A stretch of 64,000 nucleotides of DNA, from assembly GCA_964434995.1 (NCBI GenBank), contig CAYSXO010000001.1, positions 14,900 to 78,899 of the forward strand, written 5' to 3'. This stretch comes from an uncultured Sphaerobacteraceae bacterium (lineage in GTDB: Bacteria; Chloroflexota; Chloroflexia; Thermomicrobiales; UBA6265). A model generated the notes under the pieces. That model was not told the DNA's origin. It saw only the letters and a program-made list of their open reading frames with translations, and ran no database searches. The first letter of the stretch is position 1, and every line of letters starts with the position of its first letter. A program made the translations under genes and the position numbers. This document shows, one piece after another, positions 28,417 through 38,906 of the stretch.

Positions 28417-29658
28417 TCAGACATACCGCAACAGCACAACGCCACTAGCAATGGCAATGCCCCATATCGAAAGTCCCAAGCCCAGACTGCCGACGTCGCC
28501 TGCCATGCCGATCAGGCTTGGCATGACACCCGTGCCCACCACGACGGCCAGGGGTATTGTCATCGATACGGTTAGGTTTCGTGTGGTCGGCGAGGCAAGC
28601 CGCGAGAGCAGCGCAAAGGCCGCCGGGAAGAAAGCCACGGAGAACACCGGCTGAATGAACAGCAGCAGTACCAGCCAGTGGCCTTGAGCGAAGCCAAGTA
28701 GGCAAGTCACCACGCCGGTCAGCACCAGGGCGCTGCCCATGAGCCGCTTCAGCCCAAAGCGATCGGCCGCCCAGCCTGCAAATATGACGCAGATAGGTGT
28801 GGACAACCGTGAGAGCATTAGCAGCGTGCCTGCCCACTCCTGCGGATATCCCCGTTCGGCCACCAAAAACAGGGATAGCATCGAGAATACGCCCAGATTA
28901 CTGCCGATGCCCAAACTAAAGAGCCCAATCATCAACCATATGGCGCGGCTGGACAGGATGCTGCGATATACAGACAACTCGGGCGGACGGCCTCGAATCT
29001 GTGGACCACGGTCGCAAACCGCAAATAGCACAGCTGTGGCTGTACAGACGAAACCCAATCCTACAACAATTCCGCGCCAGCCGATCACCGCATACAACAC
29101 GCCCGCGAGCAGCGGCGCTGCCAAAGATGACAGGTTTGGCGCCAACTCATGAATGGCCATCGCGCGCCCCCACCGTTCACTGGGCAGCAAAGTCGTGATC
29201 TTGGCCAATCCCGAGGGTAAATACAATCCGGCGCTTAAGCCCAATAGCAGCAAACTAAGTTGGACAGTCGCTAGACTCCGGCTGAAGAGCAGTCCGATGA
29301 GCGCTAGGCCGAGCGCCGACAACGAGGCCACAATCGTCCAGTGGTGGGTGAGGCGGGCCGCCACGAAGCCGGAAGCCAACAGCATAGAGCTGTAGCCGAG
29401 CGAAATGAACAAGAACAACGAGCCAGCCTCGGCGTGGCTAACCCCGAGCTCCAGCTCAATGGCCGGCAACAGGGGTGCCAAGACCACGCGCGACAATGAG
29501 TTGAGGAAGAAGATCAACGTTAGCAGATAGAGGAGGCCGGGCAGCGCCAATTGCCTGGGCGGCTTAATACCTCCTGGGCTTCGTTCGAGGTCAGGTGCGG
29601 CCGGTTTGCGGGGAAATTCAGGGGACATACGAGCTTGCAGCTGATCGTGGGTCGGCAT
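28417..29658 (-). CDS. MFS transporter
   Basis: 413-aa polytopic ORF with about 12 hydrophobic segments and an MFS-like loop 'AADRFGLKR'. Substrate is unknown. Confidence 0.8.
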   Translation of the reverse strand: MPTHDQLQARMSPEFPRKPAAPDLERSPGGIKPPRQLALPGLLYLLTLIFFLNSLSRVVLAPLLPAIELELGVSHAEAGSLFLFISLGYSSMLLASGFVAARLTHHWTIVASLSALGLALIGLLFSRSLATVQLSLLLLGLSAGLYLPSGLAKITTLLPSERWGRAMAIHELAPNLSSLAAPLLAGVLYAVIGWRGIVVGLGFVCTATAVLFAVCDRGPQIRGRPPELSVYRSILSSRAIWLMIGLFSLGIGSNLGVFSMLSLFLVAERGYPQEWAGTLLMLSRLSTPICVIFAGWAADRFGLKRLMGSALVLTGVVTCLLGFAQGHWLVLLLFIQPVFSVAFFPAAFALLSRLASPTTRNLTVSMTIPLAVVVGTGVMPSLIGMAGDVGSLGLGLSIWGIAIASGVVLLRYV

Positions 29659-30799
29659 GCGTGAAACGTCGGCTAAAGATTACCAGGAGAGCTGCCAAGA
29701 TCTGCCAGAGCGCAGCAATCCACCAGGCCTTCGAGAATGAAACATGCTCGGCGAGAACGCCAAACACAAATGGGCCTAGCGCAGCGCCAGCGAAGATACC
29801 CGCCTGTGTGAATCCTGTGGCCGACGCCGGCGCGTCTTCGTTCGCCAGAACAACGGCCAGGTGGAATACGCCCGACCAACTCCAGCCTGCCCCGAAGGCG
29901 AGCAGAGTGCCCGGCAGCAAGGTGTTGCCCTGATTGAGGGCCAACAGCGCGAAACCGGCGGCCCCAAAACACAAGAGCACGACCAGCATGTCCAGGCTGC
30001 GGCGATATTGTCGGTTCGCAACCCAGCCCACCAGCAGGCGCATAGCCAGGCCCACCAGGCTTCCATGGATGAGCAGCCTTGCAGCCGCCTCCTCCGACAA
30101 CCCGGTAGCAACACCCGCCAAAACCAAAAACCCGCCGAGGGCGTTGCCCGCAGCTGCCCCAAGTCCGCCGGCGACCCCCAAGCAAATGATGGACCACGCG
30201 CCGCGGAGTGGCTGGCGCGCCGTCTTCGGGAGAGGGTCCAGGCGCGTCGCTTGTATCGGCACCAGCCAGGTCGCCAGCAAGGCCACGGCCGCAGCTACAA
30301 GAAATGCCGCCCGCCAGCCCACCGTCACCGCCAGGGCAGGCACGGCCAGGCCGCCAAGAAGCACTGCCAACGGGATGGCCGCCTGCTTGGCACCAAAGCT
30401 AATGCCTTGTTGTCTGCGAGGAATGCCACGCACCAGCGCAAGATTTGAGGCGGGTTGGGCAAGCGCACCACTCAGGCCGCCTACAAACAGGCAGGCTTGC
30501 AGGCCCCACCAGGAGGCCACGCCAAGCCCGATGGCCGCCAGCGTAATGGTACTCAGCAGCGCCGCACTGCGGAGCCCCACAGTCCAGCCCAATCGCTCTG
30601 CCACGCCGCCGAGCGCGAATGAACCTATCGTGGCGGTGATGAAGTAGGTGGCCAGCGAGGTGCCCAACTGGCTCTCCGACATGTTCAGCTCAGAACGAAT
30701 TTGCACCGCAAGCGCGCCTGTGAGATATACTGGCATCGCTGCGGCCACGGTTACAATGAAGGTCGCACCTACAAGTCGGATTCTTGACCGAACGAGCAC
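29618..30799 (-). CDS. MFS transporter
   Basis: 393-aa polytopic ORF with a GTG start at 30799. Its 3' end overlaps the downstream MFS gene by 41 nt. Confidence 0.8.
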   Translation of the reverse strand: MLVRSRIRLVGATFIVTVAAAMPVYLTGALAVQIRSELNMSESQLGTSLATYFITATIGSFALGGVAERLGWTVGLRSAALLSTITLAAIGLGVASWWGLQACLFVGGLSGALAQPASNLALVRGIPRRQQGISFGAKQAAIPLAVLLGGLAVPALAVTVGWRAAFLVAAAVALLATWLVPIQATRLDPLPKTARQPLRGAWSIICLGVAGGLGAAAGNALGGFLVLAGVATGLSEEAAARLLIHGSLVGLAMRLLVGWVANRQYRRSLDMLVVLLCFGAAGFALLALNQGNTLLPGTLLAFGAGWSWSGVFHLAVVLANEDAPASATGFTQAGIFAGAALGPFVFGVLAEHVSFSKAWWIAALWQILAALLVIFSRRFTHADPRSAASSYVP

Positions 30800-30898
30800 T
30801 CTTACCTACGAGACCTGAATTTTCCACGTATCTGAAGTTGGCGGCAGGCGTGTTGATTTCGCCACTCGGCGCATTCTAGCACAATAGCAGGAAAGTCG

Positions 30899-30907
30899 TG
30901 TTATAAT
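30899..30907 (+). promoter_or_regulatory. Extended -10 promoter element TGTTATAAT upstream of the IclR gene
   Basis: This is an exact TGnTATAAT match, 51 nt upstream of the ATG at 30958, in the divergent MFS/IclR intergenic region. No convincing -35 element was found. Confidence 0.35.
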
Positions 30908-30957
30908 GAGACAAATGTCCCTGATAACAGACCAGTTTACAAAATGCTGGGGGTGAA

Positions 30958-31791
30958 ATGGCAAAAAGCAGACGAAATCCTCTCGGACGGGCATTTCAGA
31001 TGATTGTGCACATGGTCGACTCGCCTGATCAGGCGTGGGGTGTCCGAGAAATCGCTCGCGGACTGCACATGTCGCACAGCACAGCACATCGCATTCTTGG
31101 CCTGCTAGAAGAAGAGGGATTCGTCACGCAGGAACCGGCTTCCGGCCACTACCGCCTGGGCCTGGAGCTCTACCGTGTGGCTTGGCGTGCTACTGGAGTC
31201 CATCCCATCAGGAACGTGGCGTTGCCGATCTTGCAGGACCTTGTGCAAGAGGTCAACGAGACGGCCCTGCTAGGCCTGTACGATCCGGCGCGGTGCGAGA
31301 TGATCTTTGCCGCCAGCGTGGAGTCGCGCCACCCACTCCGCTACGTTGTGGAAACAAATCGCTGGGTGCCTATCCATGCCGGCGCCACTGGGCTGGCAAT
31401 TTTGGCGTTCTTACCAGCTGAAGAGCAAGCCAAAGTGATTGACCGCGCGGTGAACGCGGCTCCGTTGACCGCGCGCACGCTGACAAACGCAAGAGACCTG
31501 CAAGCCGAGGCGGAGGCCATTCGGCACAAGGGTTACGCCTGTACCGGTGGCCAACGAATTGAGGGCGCTGTGGGGATTGCCGCCCCCATTTGGGGAGCAA
31601 ATGGGCGAGTGGTTGGTGATGTCGCCATCACCCTGCCCGACCAGCGTTTCAGTCCAGCGCAGGAAACCGAGCTGGCCGCTGCGGTCATTCGCGCTGCTGA
31701 TCGGATCACTCACCAACTTGGCGGTACCTCGCCAGCAGCGGGTTTCGACATCAAGGCAGTGGAATCCAACGTCAGCGACCAGATAACATAA
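30958..31791 (+). CDS. IclR-family transcriptional regulator
   Basis: 277-aa ORF. It has the N-terminal wHTH 'WGVREIARGLHMSHSTAHRILGLLEEEGFV' and a C-terminal IclR effector domain ('GYACTGGQRIEGAVGIAAPIW'). Confidence 0.9.
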   Translation: MAKSRRNPLGRAFQMIVHMVDSPDQAWGVREIARGLHMSHSTAHRILGLLEEEGFVTQEPASGHYRLGLELYRVAWRATGVHPIRNVALPILQDLVQEVNETALLGLYDPARCEMIFAASVESRHPLRYVVETNRWVPIHAGATGLAILAFLPAEEQAKVIDRAVNAAPLTARTLTNARDLQAEAEAIRHKGYACTGGQRIEGAVGIAAPIWGANGRVVGDVAITLPDQRFSPAQETELAAAVIRAADRITHQLGGTSPAAGFDIKAVESNVSDQIT

Positions 31792-31858
31792 TGATACTGC
31801 TCGCCCGACTGTTTGGATCTTTCAGAGAACACGCTAGTCAGGAGAGGCGCATGGCGTT

Positions 31859-32278
31859 ATGACAACTCTTATTCCAACTCCAAGCCAACCGAAACACTTT
31901 GACCCTGAAGCTGCCGCCGGCCCTCAGCTCATAGGCAGTCGCTGCGCAGATTGCAGCATGCTGGTCTTTCCGCCTCAGGATTACTGCCCGGCCTGCGCCA
32001 GTCCCAATGTGACGCCAACACGGCTTAGTCGGGACGGTAAGCTGTATACGTACTCTGTCGTACACATTGCGCCCAAGGGTTGGCAGGCTCCATATGTCAT
32101 CGGCTACGTGGATTTGCCCGAAGGCGTGCGCGTGTTCAGCCACATTAGCGTCGGCGACACCCGCCAACTCCAGCACGACATGCCGGTTCGGCTAGCGCTG
32201 GGAATCCTGCGGACTGACGAACTAGGACAGCCAGTCCCCAGTTTTCTCTTTGTGCCCGCGCCTAACCAATCCACCTAG
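31859..32278 (+). CDS. DUF35-type Zn-ribbon/OB-fold protein (partner of SCP-x-like thiolases)
   Basis: 139-aa ORF. It has the rubredoxin-like motif 'CADCSMLVFPPQDYCPACAS' followed by an OB-fold segment 'GKLYTYSVVH'. It lies immediately upstream of a thiolase-like gene, as is usual for this family. Confidence 0.75.
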   Translation: MTTLIPTPSQPKHFDPEAAAGPQLIGSRCADCSMLVFPPQDYCPACASPNVTPTRLSRDGKLYTYSVVHIAPKGWQAPYVIGYVDLPEGVRVFSHISVGDTRQLQHDMPVRLALGILRTDELGQPVPSFLFVPAPNQST

Positions 32279-32294
32279 CCACGAGGTTCATATC

Positions 32295-33434
32295 ATGCGC
32301 GACGTTTCCGTCGTCGGAGCGGCGATGATCCGCTTTGGAAAGTATCCACAGGCCACGCTTGCCGATCTGGCCCGCCCCGCCGTGATGGCGGCGTTAGCCG
32401 ATGCTGGCGTGGAGCGCCAAGCGGTCCAGGCCGCCTATTGCGGTACAGCGCTGGGCGGCATGTTGGCTGGACAGCGCATCCTGAAAACAGTCGGCCGGAC
32501 CGGCATGCCGGTGGTCAACGTGGAGAACGCCTGCTCCAGCAGCGCTTCTGCCTTCCGTGAGGCCTGGTTGGCGATTGGCAGCGGGTTGTACGATGTTGCC
32601 CTGGTTATTGGTGTTGAGAAGCTGACCAAGTTCGGCGGCGGCACCCTGCCCCTCGAGGAAGAAGACTGGGAAGTCTCGCAGGGCATGACCATGCCCGCGC
32701 TCTATGCTATGCGGGCGAGCCGCTACATGCACGACTATGACCTGTCTGTTCAGCAGTTGGCAGCTGTAGCGGTCAAAGCCAAAACGCATGCCGCGCTGAA
32801 TCCATACGCCCAGTTCCGCAAGACCGTCACGCTGGAGGAGGTGCTAAGTTCGAAACCGGTGGCTGAACCACTCACTTTGTATCAGTGCTGTCCTACAGGC
32901 GATGGCGCCGCCGCGCTGGTCCTGTGCGCCAGTAGCGTGGCCTCGCGGTATGCTGGTCAACCGATCCGCGTAGTGGCCTCGGAACTCGCTTCAGGCAGAT
33001 ACGCCAGTGGATTTCGCGATATGACAACGCCCGAGATCACTGTACGCGGCGCCGCCGAAGCTTACGAGCAGGCGGGGCTTGGACCCGAGGACATCGACGT
33101 GGCCGAAGTCCACGATGCCTTCACTATTGCCGAGCTCATGTACTACGAAGCCCTCGGGTTTTGTGGCCGAGGCGAGGCCGTGCGCCTGTTGGCCGACGGA
33201 AGCACTTCGCTTGGCGGGCGGATTCCGGTTAATCCCAGCGGCGGCCTCCTCTCCAAAGGCCACCCTATCGGCGCGACGGGCGCCGCCCAGATGGTCGAGA
33301 TCGTCTGGCAATTGCGCGGCACGTGCGGCCACCGGCAGGTGGCGGGCGCTCGAGTCGGCCTCAGCCACGCCACTGGTGGCGGCATTTCGGGCCTGGATCA
33401 CGGCGCATGCGCCATCCACATTTTCGCCCGGTGA
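32295..33434 (+). CDS. Thiolase-like (SCP-x/non-specific lipid-transfer-type) acetyl-CoA C-acyltransferase family protein
   Basis: The ATG at 32295 is preferred. Motifs: 'VNVENACSSSASAFREA' (nucleophile Cys), 'NPSGGLLSKGHPIGATGAAQ' and 'GLSHATGGG'. Confidence 0.85.
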   Translation: MRDVSVVGAAMIRFGKYPQATLADLARPAVMAALADAGVERQAVQAAYCGTALGGMLAGQRILKTVGRTGMPVVNVENACSSSASAFREAWLAIGSGLYDVALVIGVEKLTKFGGGTLPLEEEDWEVSQGMTMPALYAMRASRYMHDYDLSVQQLAAVAVKAKTHAALNPYAQFRKTVTLEEVLSSKPVAEPLTLYQCCPTGDGAAALVLCASSVASRYAGQPIRVVASELASGRYASGFRDMTTPEITVRGAAEAYEQAGLGPEDIDVAEVHDAFTIAELMYYEALGFCGRGEAVRLLADGSTSLGGRIPVNPSGGLLSKGHPIGATGAAQMVEIVWQLRGTCGHRQVAGARVGLSHATGGGISGLDHGACAIHIFAR

Positions 33435-33504
33435 GCGACTCCCGCCCCATGCGTCGCTCGCTTTGCAAATGTATTCCCGCCCAGCGTGGGGGCCGATAGT
33501 TCGT

Positions 33505-34743
33505 ATGCCATCTTCCGAAGCCGCAGGCACCCTGAAACACATTCGGATTCTCGATCTGACTACCTTTTTATCGGGGCCCTATTGCACCCAGGTCTTGGGT
33601 GATCTGGGCGCTGAGGTCATCAAAGTCGAGCATCCAGACGGCGACTTGACTCGCACTCTTCCGCCGCACTTCGTTGGCGAGGACAGCGCTTACTACCTCA
33701 GCACGAACCGTAATAAGAAGAGTATCGTCGTCAATCTCAAGCAACCCGCCGGCCAACAACTTGTGGCAGATATTGCGGTGCAATGTGACGTCCTGATCGA
33801 GAATTATCGGCCGGGCGTGGCGGCCCGCCTGGGAATTGACTACACAGCTCTGGCGGCTCGCCATCCCGGCCTGGTCTGGTGTTCGCTCAGCGGATTCGGG
33901 CAAGACGGCCCATACCGGGATCTACCAGCATACGATATGGTCATTCAGGCTCTATCCGGGATTATGAGCCTGACGGGGGAGAGCGGTCGGCCGGGTGTGC
34001 GCACTGGCATCCCCCTCAGTGACCTCGTCGGCGGGCTGTATGCTGCAATTGCCATTCTGGCCGCCTTGCAGGAAAGGACACAGTCTGGCGCTGGCCAGAA
34101 AATCGACATTTCCCTGCTCGATTGTGTGACGTCCATGCTTTCGTATCAGGGTGTCTATCATCTCGTGTCCGGCATCATCCCAGGACGGCAGGGTCGCGGG
34201 CACGACTCGATCCCAACTTACAGGACCTTTACCGCGGCCGATGGAAACGACGTGACCGTAACAGCGAATACGGAAAGAATGTGGCGCGCACTGTGCCAGG
34301 CGGTGGACAGGCCCGATCTTGTCGAGGATCCGCGCTTTGTTACCCTCGATGTACGCCACGTAAATCGGGAAGCTCTCTGGACGATCCTCGAGGCGCAGTT
34401 CCGCACCCGATCGGCCAACGACTGGGTTGAACGCCTCCGAGCGGCCGACATTCCAGCGGCCACAGTCAACACGGTGGATCGGACCCTGAACGACCCCCAT
34501 GTGCTCCATAGGGAAATGGTACTAACGCTGGAGGGCCCCGACCAACAACCGGTTCGCCTTCTGGGCAATCCGATCAAGTATACGCGCTCGAATAGGCAGC
34601 AGCACCGCTACCCCCCGACGTTGGGCCAAGACACCGAGGCGGTCTTGCGCGACATGCTTGGACTAGCGCCTTCTGTTGTCGAGAGTCTTGCAGCTGCAGG
34701 CGTAATTGCCGGACCAAACCTGGCGCAGGGTCGCGCTGCCTGA
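33505..34743 (+). CDS. Family III CoA-transferase (CaiB/BaiF/Frc-like)
   Basis: The ATG at 33505 gives 'LKHIRILDLTTFLSGPYCTQVLGDLGAEVIKVE', the canonical N-terminus. 'IPLSDLVGG' fits the catalytic Asp context. The tracked start at 33079 is a run-on inside the thiolase gene. Confidence 0.85.
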   Translation: MPSSEAAGTLKHIRILDLTTFLSGPYCTQVLGDLGAEVIKVEHPDGDLTRTLPPHFVGEDSAYYLSTNRNKKSIVVNLKQPAGQQLVADIAVQCDVLIENYRPGVAARLGIDYTALAARHPGLVWCSLSGFGQDGPYRDLPAYDMVIQALSGIMSLTGESGRPGVRTGIPLSDLVGGLYAAIAILAALQERTQSGAGQKIDISLLDCVTSMLSYQGVYHLVSGIIPGRQGRGHDSIPTYRTFTAADGNDVTVTANTERMWRALCQAVDRPDLVEDPRFVTLDVRHVNREALWTILEAQFRTRSANDWVERLRAADIPAATVNTVDRTLNDPHVLHREMVLTLEGPDQQPVRLLGNPIKYTRSNRQQHRYPPTLGQDTEAVLRDMLGLAPSVVESLAAAGVIAGPNLAQGRAA

Positions 34744-34789
34744 ACCGGGTTGCACATAGCGTATCGCTGCGCGATAGGAGCAAGTAACC

Positions 34790-35710
34790 ATGTGGTTCTA
34801 CATCAACGGCGAATTCGTTGAGGACGACGAGGCCAAGGTTCCGGTCACCGATCGCGCCTTTCTCTATGGTGACGGCTGTTTCGAGGGTCTAGGCATCTTT
34901 CGGGGCCGCATTCCCCACTTAGAAGATCACATTGCCCGGCTTTATCGAAGCGCGCGCATGCTGCGGATCAATATCCCGCTTGGTCGTGATGAGATGCGTG
35001 CTGTAATACTGGAAACCGCTGCGCGCAACGGCATGGCGGACGTCGAAAGTGCCTACATGCGGCCGCTCATCACACGTGGCTGCGGTCCGCTCGGCGTCAA
35101 GAACTCGCGTAAGGTAGGTCCGCCAACAATCGTCGTCATTCCGCAACTGACGGGGCGCCGGGCGGCGTTTGGCGACGATATCGAGATATGCAGCGCTGTA
35201 CTTACGCGCTTCATCCGGGCCGGCGCCGCCACGCTCGATCCCGGCGTGAAGAGCAACAACTATATCCCTTCGATCTTAGCTTTCCTCGAAGCTCAGGATC
35301 GTGATGCAGACGCTGATGTGGCGGTGCTGCACGATGCCCAGGGCTTTCTGGCCGAAGGCCACGCCATGAATCTGTTCTGCGTGGTGGATGGCGTTCTATA
35401 CAGCCCCATGGCCAGCGCCGCCTTGCGGGGGATAACCCGGATGCACGTGCTGCGGGTAGCCCGTCAGTTGGGCATCGAGACTCACGAAACCAATTTGACA
35501 GACTATGATCTGATTTGCGCTGACGAAGCCTTCGTAACCTCAGCCATGGAAAGCGTGGCCGCGATTGGTTCCGTCAACGGTGAAGCCATGCTGGGAGAAG
35601 TGCCCGGACCAGTGACAATGAAGATCCGCGCCGCCTATCTCGAACACGCCTGGATCACAGCCACTGAAGTGCCAGCCGCGTGGGGGTCGGATGCCAGGCC
35701 AATCAACTGA
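34790..35710 (+). CDS. Class-IV (branched-chain / D-amino-acid) PLP aminotransferase
   Basis: 306-aa ORF. 'DRAFLYGDGCFEGL' and 'GITRMHVLRVARQLGIE' are characteristic. Confidence 0.85.
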   Translation: MWFYINGEFVEDDEAKVPVTDRAFLYGDGCFEGLGIFRGRIPHLEDHIARLYRSARMLRINIPLGRDEMRAVILETAARNGMADVESAYMRPLITRGCGPLGVKNSRKVGPPTIVVIPQLTGRRAAFGDDIEICSAVLTRFIRAGAATLDPGVKSNNYIPSILAFLEAQDRDADADVAVLHDAQGFLAEGHAMNLFCVVDGVLYSPMASAALRGITRMHVLRVARQLGIETHETNLTDYDLICADEAFVTSAMESVAAIGSVNGEAMLGEVPGPVTMKIRAAYLEHAWITATEVPAAWGSDARPIN

Positions 35711-35760
35711 GCGCCGGTCGGAGCTCTATTCCAACGAGCCGTGGCCAGCATTCACGCGCT

Positions 35761-36747
35761 TCAGAGGATGGCCAGCGGTGTGCGGTCGTCGTCCCACGCG
35801 CTCGCTTGGTCTAGGTTTTGCTGCGCCTCAGCGGTGAGGCGAATGCCGGCGGCTGCTAGGTTCTCGGCCAGCTGAGAGGGACGGCGCGCCCCGACCACAG
35901 CGGCCGTGACAGCGGACTGCCCGAGCACCCAAGCCAGGGCGCCCTGAGCGGGGGTCAGGCCAGTACTAGCCGCCATTTGCTGTACTTGCCGCAACAGGGC
36001 GAATTTGCGGCTCGAAAAGTGGTTGGCCACCTCGGCCCTTTGCGCCGCCCGCGTGTCGGCTAGGGGTTGTTGTCCCTCTTCATATTTGCCGGTTAAGAAT
36101 CCCTCGCCCAATGGGCTATACGCGAGCACCCCTACCCGCTGGTCCACGCACAGTGGCTGCAATTCCCGTTCGTATTCAGCTCGATGCACCAGGCTGTATT
36201 GCACCTGCGTTGCCTCTAATCGATTCCACCCCCGCATCTCGCTGATCCACAGTGCCCGACACAACAGCCAGGCAGGGAAATTGGAGCAACCAAGGTAGCG
36301 CGCCTTGCCTTGCGTCACAATGGTCTCCAAGGCTCGCAGGGTCTCCTCCAAGGGCACACCTGGATCAGGCCAGTGGATTTGATAGAGATCGATGTAGTCC
36401 GTCTTCAGCCGCCGCAGGCTGGCCTCGATGGCTCGCAGCAGGTAGTGCCGGGAGAGACCCTCATCATTCGGCCCCAGACCCATGCGACCCCGCACCTTCG
36501 TGGCCAGGACGATTTGCTCGCGGCGTTGGCTGGCTAGCCAGTCACCAAGCCATTCCTCGGCTGTGCCAGCCGGCGATTTCGGCCGTCCATAGCGGTCCGC
36601 CGTATCTATGAAGTTGCACCCGGCTTCCCGCGCCAGATTCAGGAGCGCCACTGCATCAGCACGATCTACGCTCCAGCCGAAGGTCCAGGTACCCAGCGCG
36701 ACAGTGGAAACCTGCAGCCCCGTAGCGCCCAAGTACCGATATTCCAT
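35761..36747 (-). CDS. Aldo/keto reductase
   Basis: 328-aa ORF. 'MEYRYLGATGLQVSTVALGTWTFG', 'IDTADRYG' and 'IDLYQIHWPD' are AKR signatures. Confidence 0.9.
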   Translation of the reverse strand: MEYRYLGATGLQVSTVALGTWTFGWSVDRADAVALLNLAREAGCNFIDTADRYGRPKSPAGTAEEWLGDWLASQRREQIVLATKVRGRMGLGPNDEGLSRHYLLRAIEASLRRLKTDYIDLYQIHWPDPGVPLEETLRALETIVTQGKARYLGCSNFPAWLLCRALWISEMRGWNRLEATQVQYSLVHRAEYERELQPLCVDQRVGVLAYSPLGEGFLTGKYEEGQQPLADTRAAQRAEVANHFSSRKFALLRQVQQMAASTGLTPAQGALAWVLGQSAVTAAVVGARRPSQLAENLAAAGIRLTAEAQQNLDQASAWDDDRTPLAIL

Positions 36748-36786
36748 GACCGCTCGACTGAGGACTCGATCCGGATAAACTATGGC

Positions 36787-37860
36787 CTATAGTGCAGGCG
36801 GAGGAAGATGATCATTCCCTGCGCTGGCGGCGCCGCGACCTGGCCGGCGCGCGCGATGGAGTGCCTGGGCCGAAACCTCCTGGCTAGCAAAGTGACACGC
36901 GACCGGATGGGCGAGGCCACGCTGCTCAAGCCGTGGCTCATCGGTCGCGCACACCGCTTCGGCCTTCCAACAGCGAGTCCGAAAGCGGCATCCGGACGGC
37001 GGGTTCGCTGGAGAAGGTATGTCGCCATGCAGGAGTATGCGGCCCTTATTCGGCCGCGACCACGAGTTAATGTCAGGATGAGCCGAAATCAGGGCCTGCG
37101 TATAGGGGTGGCAGGGGTGCCGAAAGACCTCATCACAGGCGCCAATCTCGACGATCTTGCCTAGGTACATGACCGCCACCCGGTAGGCCAGATGACGCAC
37201 AGCGGCCAGATCGTGGCCAATGAATAGATAGGCGATGCCAAACTCCGCCTGCAGATCCTGAAGCAGATTGAGGATTTGCGCTTGGATAGAGGCATCGAGG
37301 GCCGAGATGGGCTCATCGCAAATGATGAGCTTTGGTCGAACGGCCAATGCTCGGGCTATGGCCACACGCTGGCGCTGCCCACCCGACAATTGGTGCGGAA
37401 AGCGGTCGCCATACCGCGCGCCCAACCCAACGCGCTCAAGCAATTCATCCACTTGCACCGCCCGCTGGGCCGGCTCCACCAAGTCGGGATATATCCTCCA
37501 GGCCTCGCCGATCAACTCACGCACACTTTGGCGCGGGTTGAGGGAGGCATAGGGATCTTGGAAAATCATCTGGATGTCGCGCCGACAGCGGCGAAAGGCC
37601 GAGCGCGACAGGCGAAAAATGTCTTGGCCTTCAAAATAGGCCCTCCCAGAGGTCGGCTCGGTCAATCGGACTAGTGTCCGGGCGACAGTCGACTTCCCGC
37701 AACCCGTTTCGCCGACCAGAGCTAACGTCTCGCCGCGCCGAAGCTCAAAACTCAAGCCATCAACGGCACGAATAGGCGGCGCACCCCGGCGGAGCCAGTC
37801 ACGCCGGTTGGGCTGAAAGTGCTTGACCAACCCGTCCACCTTCAACAGGGGCTGTTCCAT
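36787..37860 (-). CDS. Peptide/nickel-type ABC transporter ATP-binding protein (OppF/DppF-like)
   Basis: The ATG at 37860 (TGATG overlap with the upstream ATPase stop) gives '[15 protein letters not shown]'. Motifs: Walker A 'GETGCGKST', signature 'LSGGQRQR', Walker B 'LIICDEP', and a C-terminal oligopeptide-ATPase extension. Confidence 0.9.
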   Translation of the reverse strand: MEQPLLKVDGLVKHFQPNRRDWLRRGAPPIRAVDGLSFELRRGETLALVGETGCGKSTVARTLVRLTEPTSGRAYFEGQDIFRLSRSAFRRCRRDIQMIFQDPYASLNPRQSVRELIGEAWRIYPDLVEPAQRAVQVDELLERVGLGARYGDRFPHQLSGGQRQRVAIARALAVRPKLIICDEPISALDASIQAQILNLLQDLQAEFGIAYLFIGHDLAAVRHLAYRVAVMYLGKIVEIGACDEVFRHPCHPYTQALISAHPDINSWSRPNKGRILLHGDIPSPANPPSGCRFRTRCWKAEAVCATDEPRLEQRGLAHPVACHFASQEVSAQALHRARRPGRGAASAGNDHLPPPAL

Positions 37861-38906
37861 CAGCCCGCCACCTCGGAGCCGGCCAACAAGACCTGCTCGG
37901 CCAAGTGGCACGCCACCTGGCGCCCAGCCAAGGTCCTCAAAGGCGGCAGAGCCTGATCGCACAAGCCGGGCTTGGACCAAGCGCAGCGCGGGTGAAACGG
38001 GCAACCCGGTGGGATCCGGCTCAGATCGGGTGGTGTGCCAGGAATGGAGACCAGGCGTTCCTGGCGAGCATCCAGATCGGGCAGCGAATCACGCAGGCCC
38101 TTCGTGTACGGATGCGCGGGCTGGCGCAGTACCGTGTCGGTGGAACCGGTTTCCGCAATGCGGCCGGCATACATGACGACGACCCGGTCAGTGATTTCGG
38201 CCACCACACCAATATCGTGCGTTATCAGAATCAATCCCATACCAAAGTCCGCCTGAAGTTCGACCAGCAATTCGAGTATCTGCGCTTGCGTCGTCACATC
38301 CAGGGCTGTGGTGGGTTCGTCGGCAATCAGTAGTTCCGGACTCAGGGCCAGCGCCATCGCAATCAGCGCGCGCTGGCGCATTCCGCCCGAAAACTGGAAC
38401 GGGTAGTCATCGAAACGCGCCTCCGCGGCTGAGATTTGCACCCGTTTCATCAAGTGGATCACGGCCTCGCGAGCTTGCCGGGTCGATATGCCTTGATGAA
38501 CACGAAAGACCTCAGCGATCTGCCAGCCAATCGGAAACAACGGGTTGAATGCCGAAAGTGGGTCCTGCGGTACCAGAGCGATACGCTGACCACACAGGCG
38601 GCGCACTTCCACCTCGGGAAGTTCGAGCAAATTCCGACCCTTGAACAAAATGCGGCCGCGGGTAATTCGGCCCGGCGGCCGCGGGATAAGCTGCATGATG
38701 GAGCGCGCTCCGACGCTCTTGCCTGAACCTGACTCTCCGAGAATCGCGACGATCTCACCCGCATGCACTTCGTAAGAGAGCGCGTTGACGGCGTTGACCT
38801 CACCGCCCTCTGTTTCAAACACGACGTGCAGGTCATCGACCTGAAGCAGAGGTGCGGATGCTGTGCCTGTGTCTGTCCGCAGTCCTATTCCTGACATATC
38901 ATGCAT
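37860..38906 (-). CDS. Peptide/nickel-type ABC transporter ATP-binding protein (OppD/DppD-like)
   Basis: Motifs: Walker A 'GESGSGKS', signature 'FSGGMRQR', Walker B '[12 protein letters not shown]'. The start is the ATG at 38906 or 38897; the tracked start at 39032 is a run-on into the upstream gene. Confidence 0.9.
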   Translation of the reverse strand: MHDMSGIGLRTDTGTASAPLLQVDDLHVVFETEGGEVNAVNALSYEVHAGEIVAILGESGSGKSVGARSIMQLIPRPPGRITRGRILFKGRNLLELPEVEVRRLCGQRIALVPQDPLSAFNPLFPIGWQIAEVFRVHQGISTRQAREAVIHLMKRVQISAAEARFDDYPFQFSGGMRQRALIAMALALSPELLIADEPTTALDVTTQAQILELLVELQADFGMGLILITHDIGVVAEITDRVVVMYAGRIAETGSTDTVLRQPAHPYTKGLRDSLPDLDARQERLVSIPGTPPDLSRIPPGCPFHPRCAWSKPGLCDQALPPLRTLAGRQVACHLAEQVLLAGSEVAG

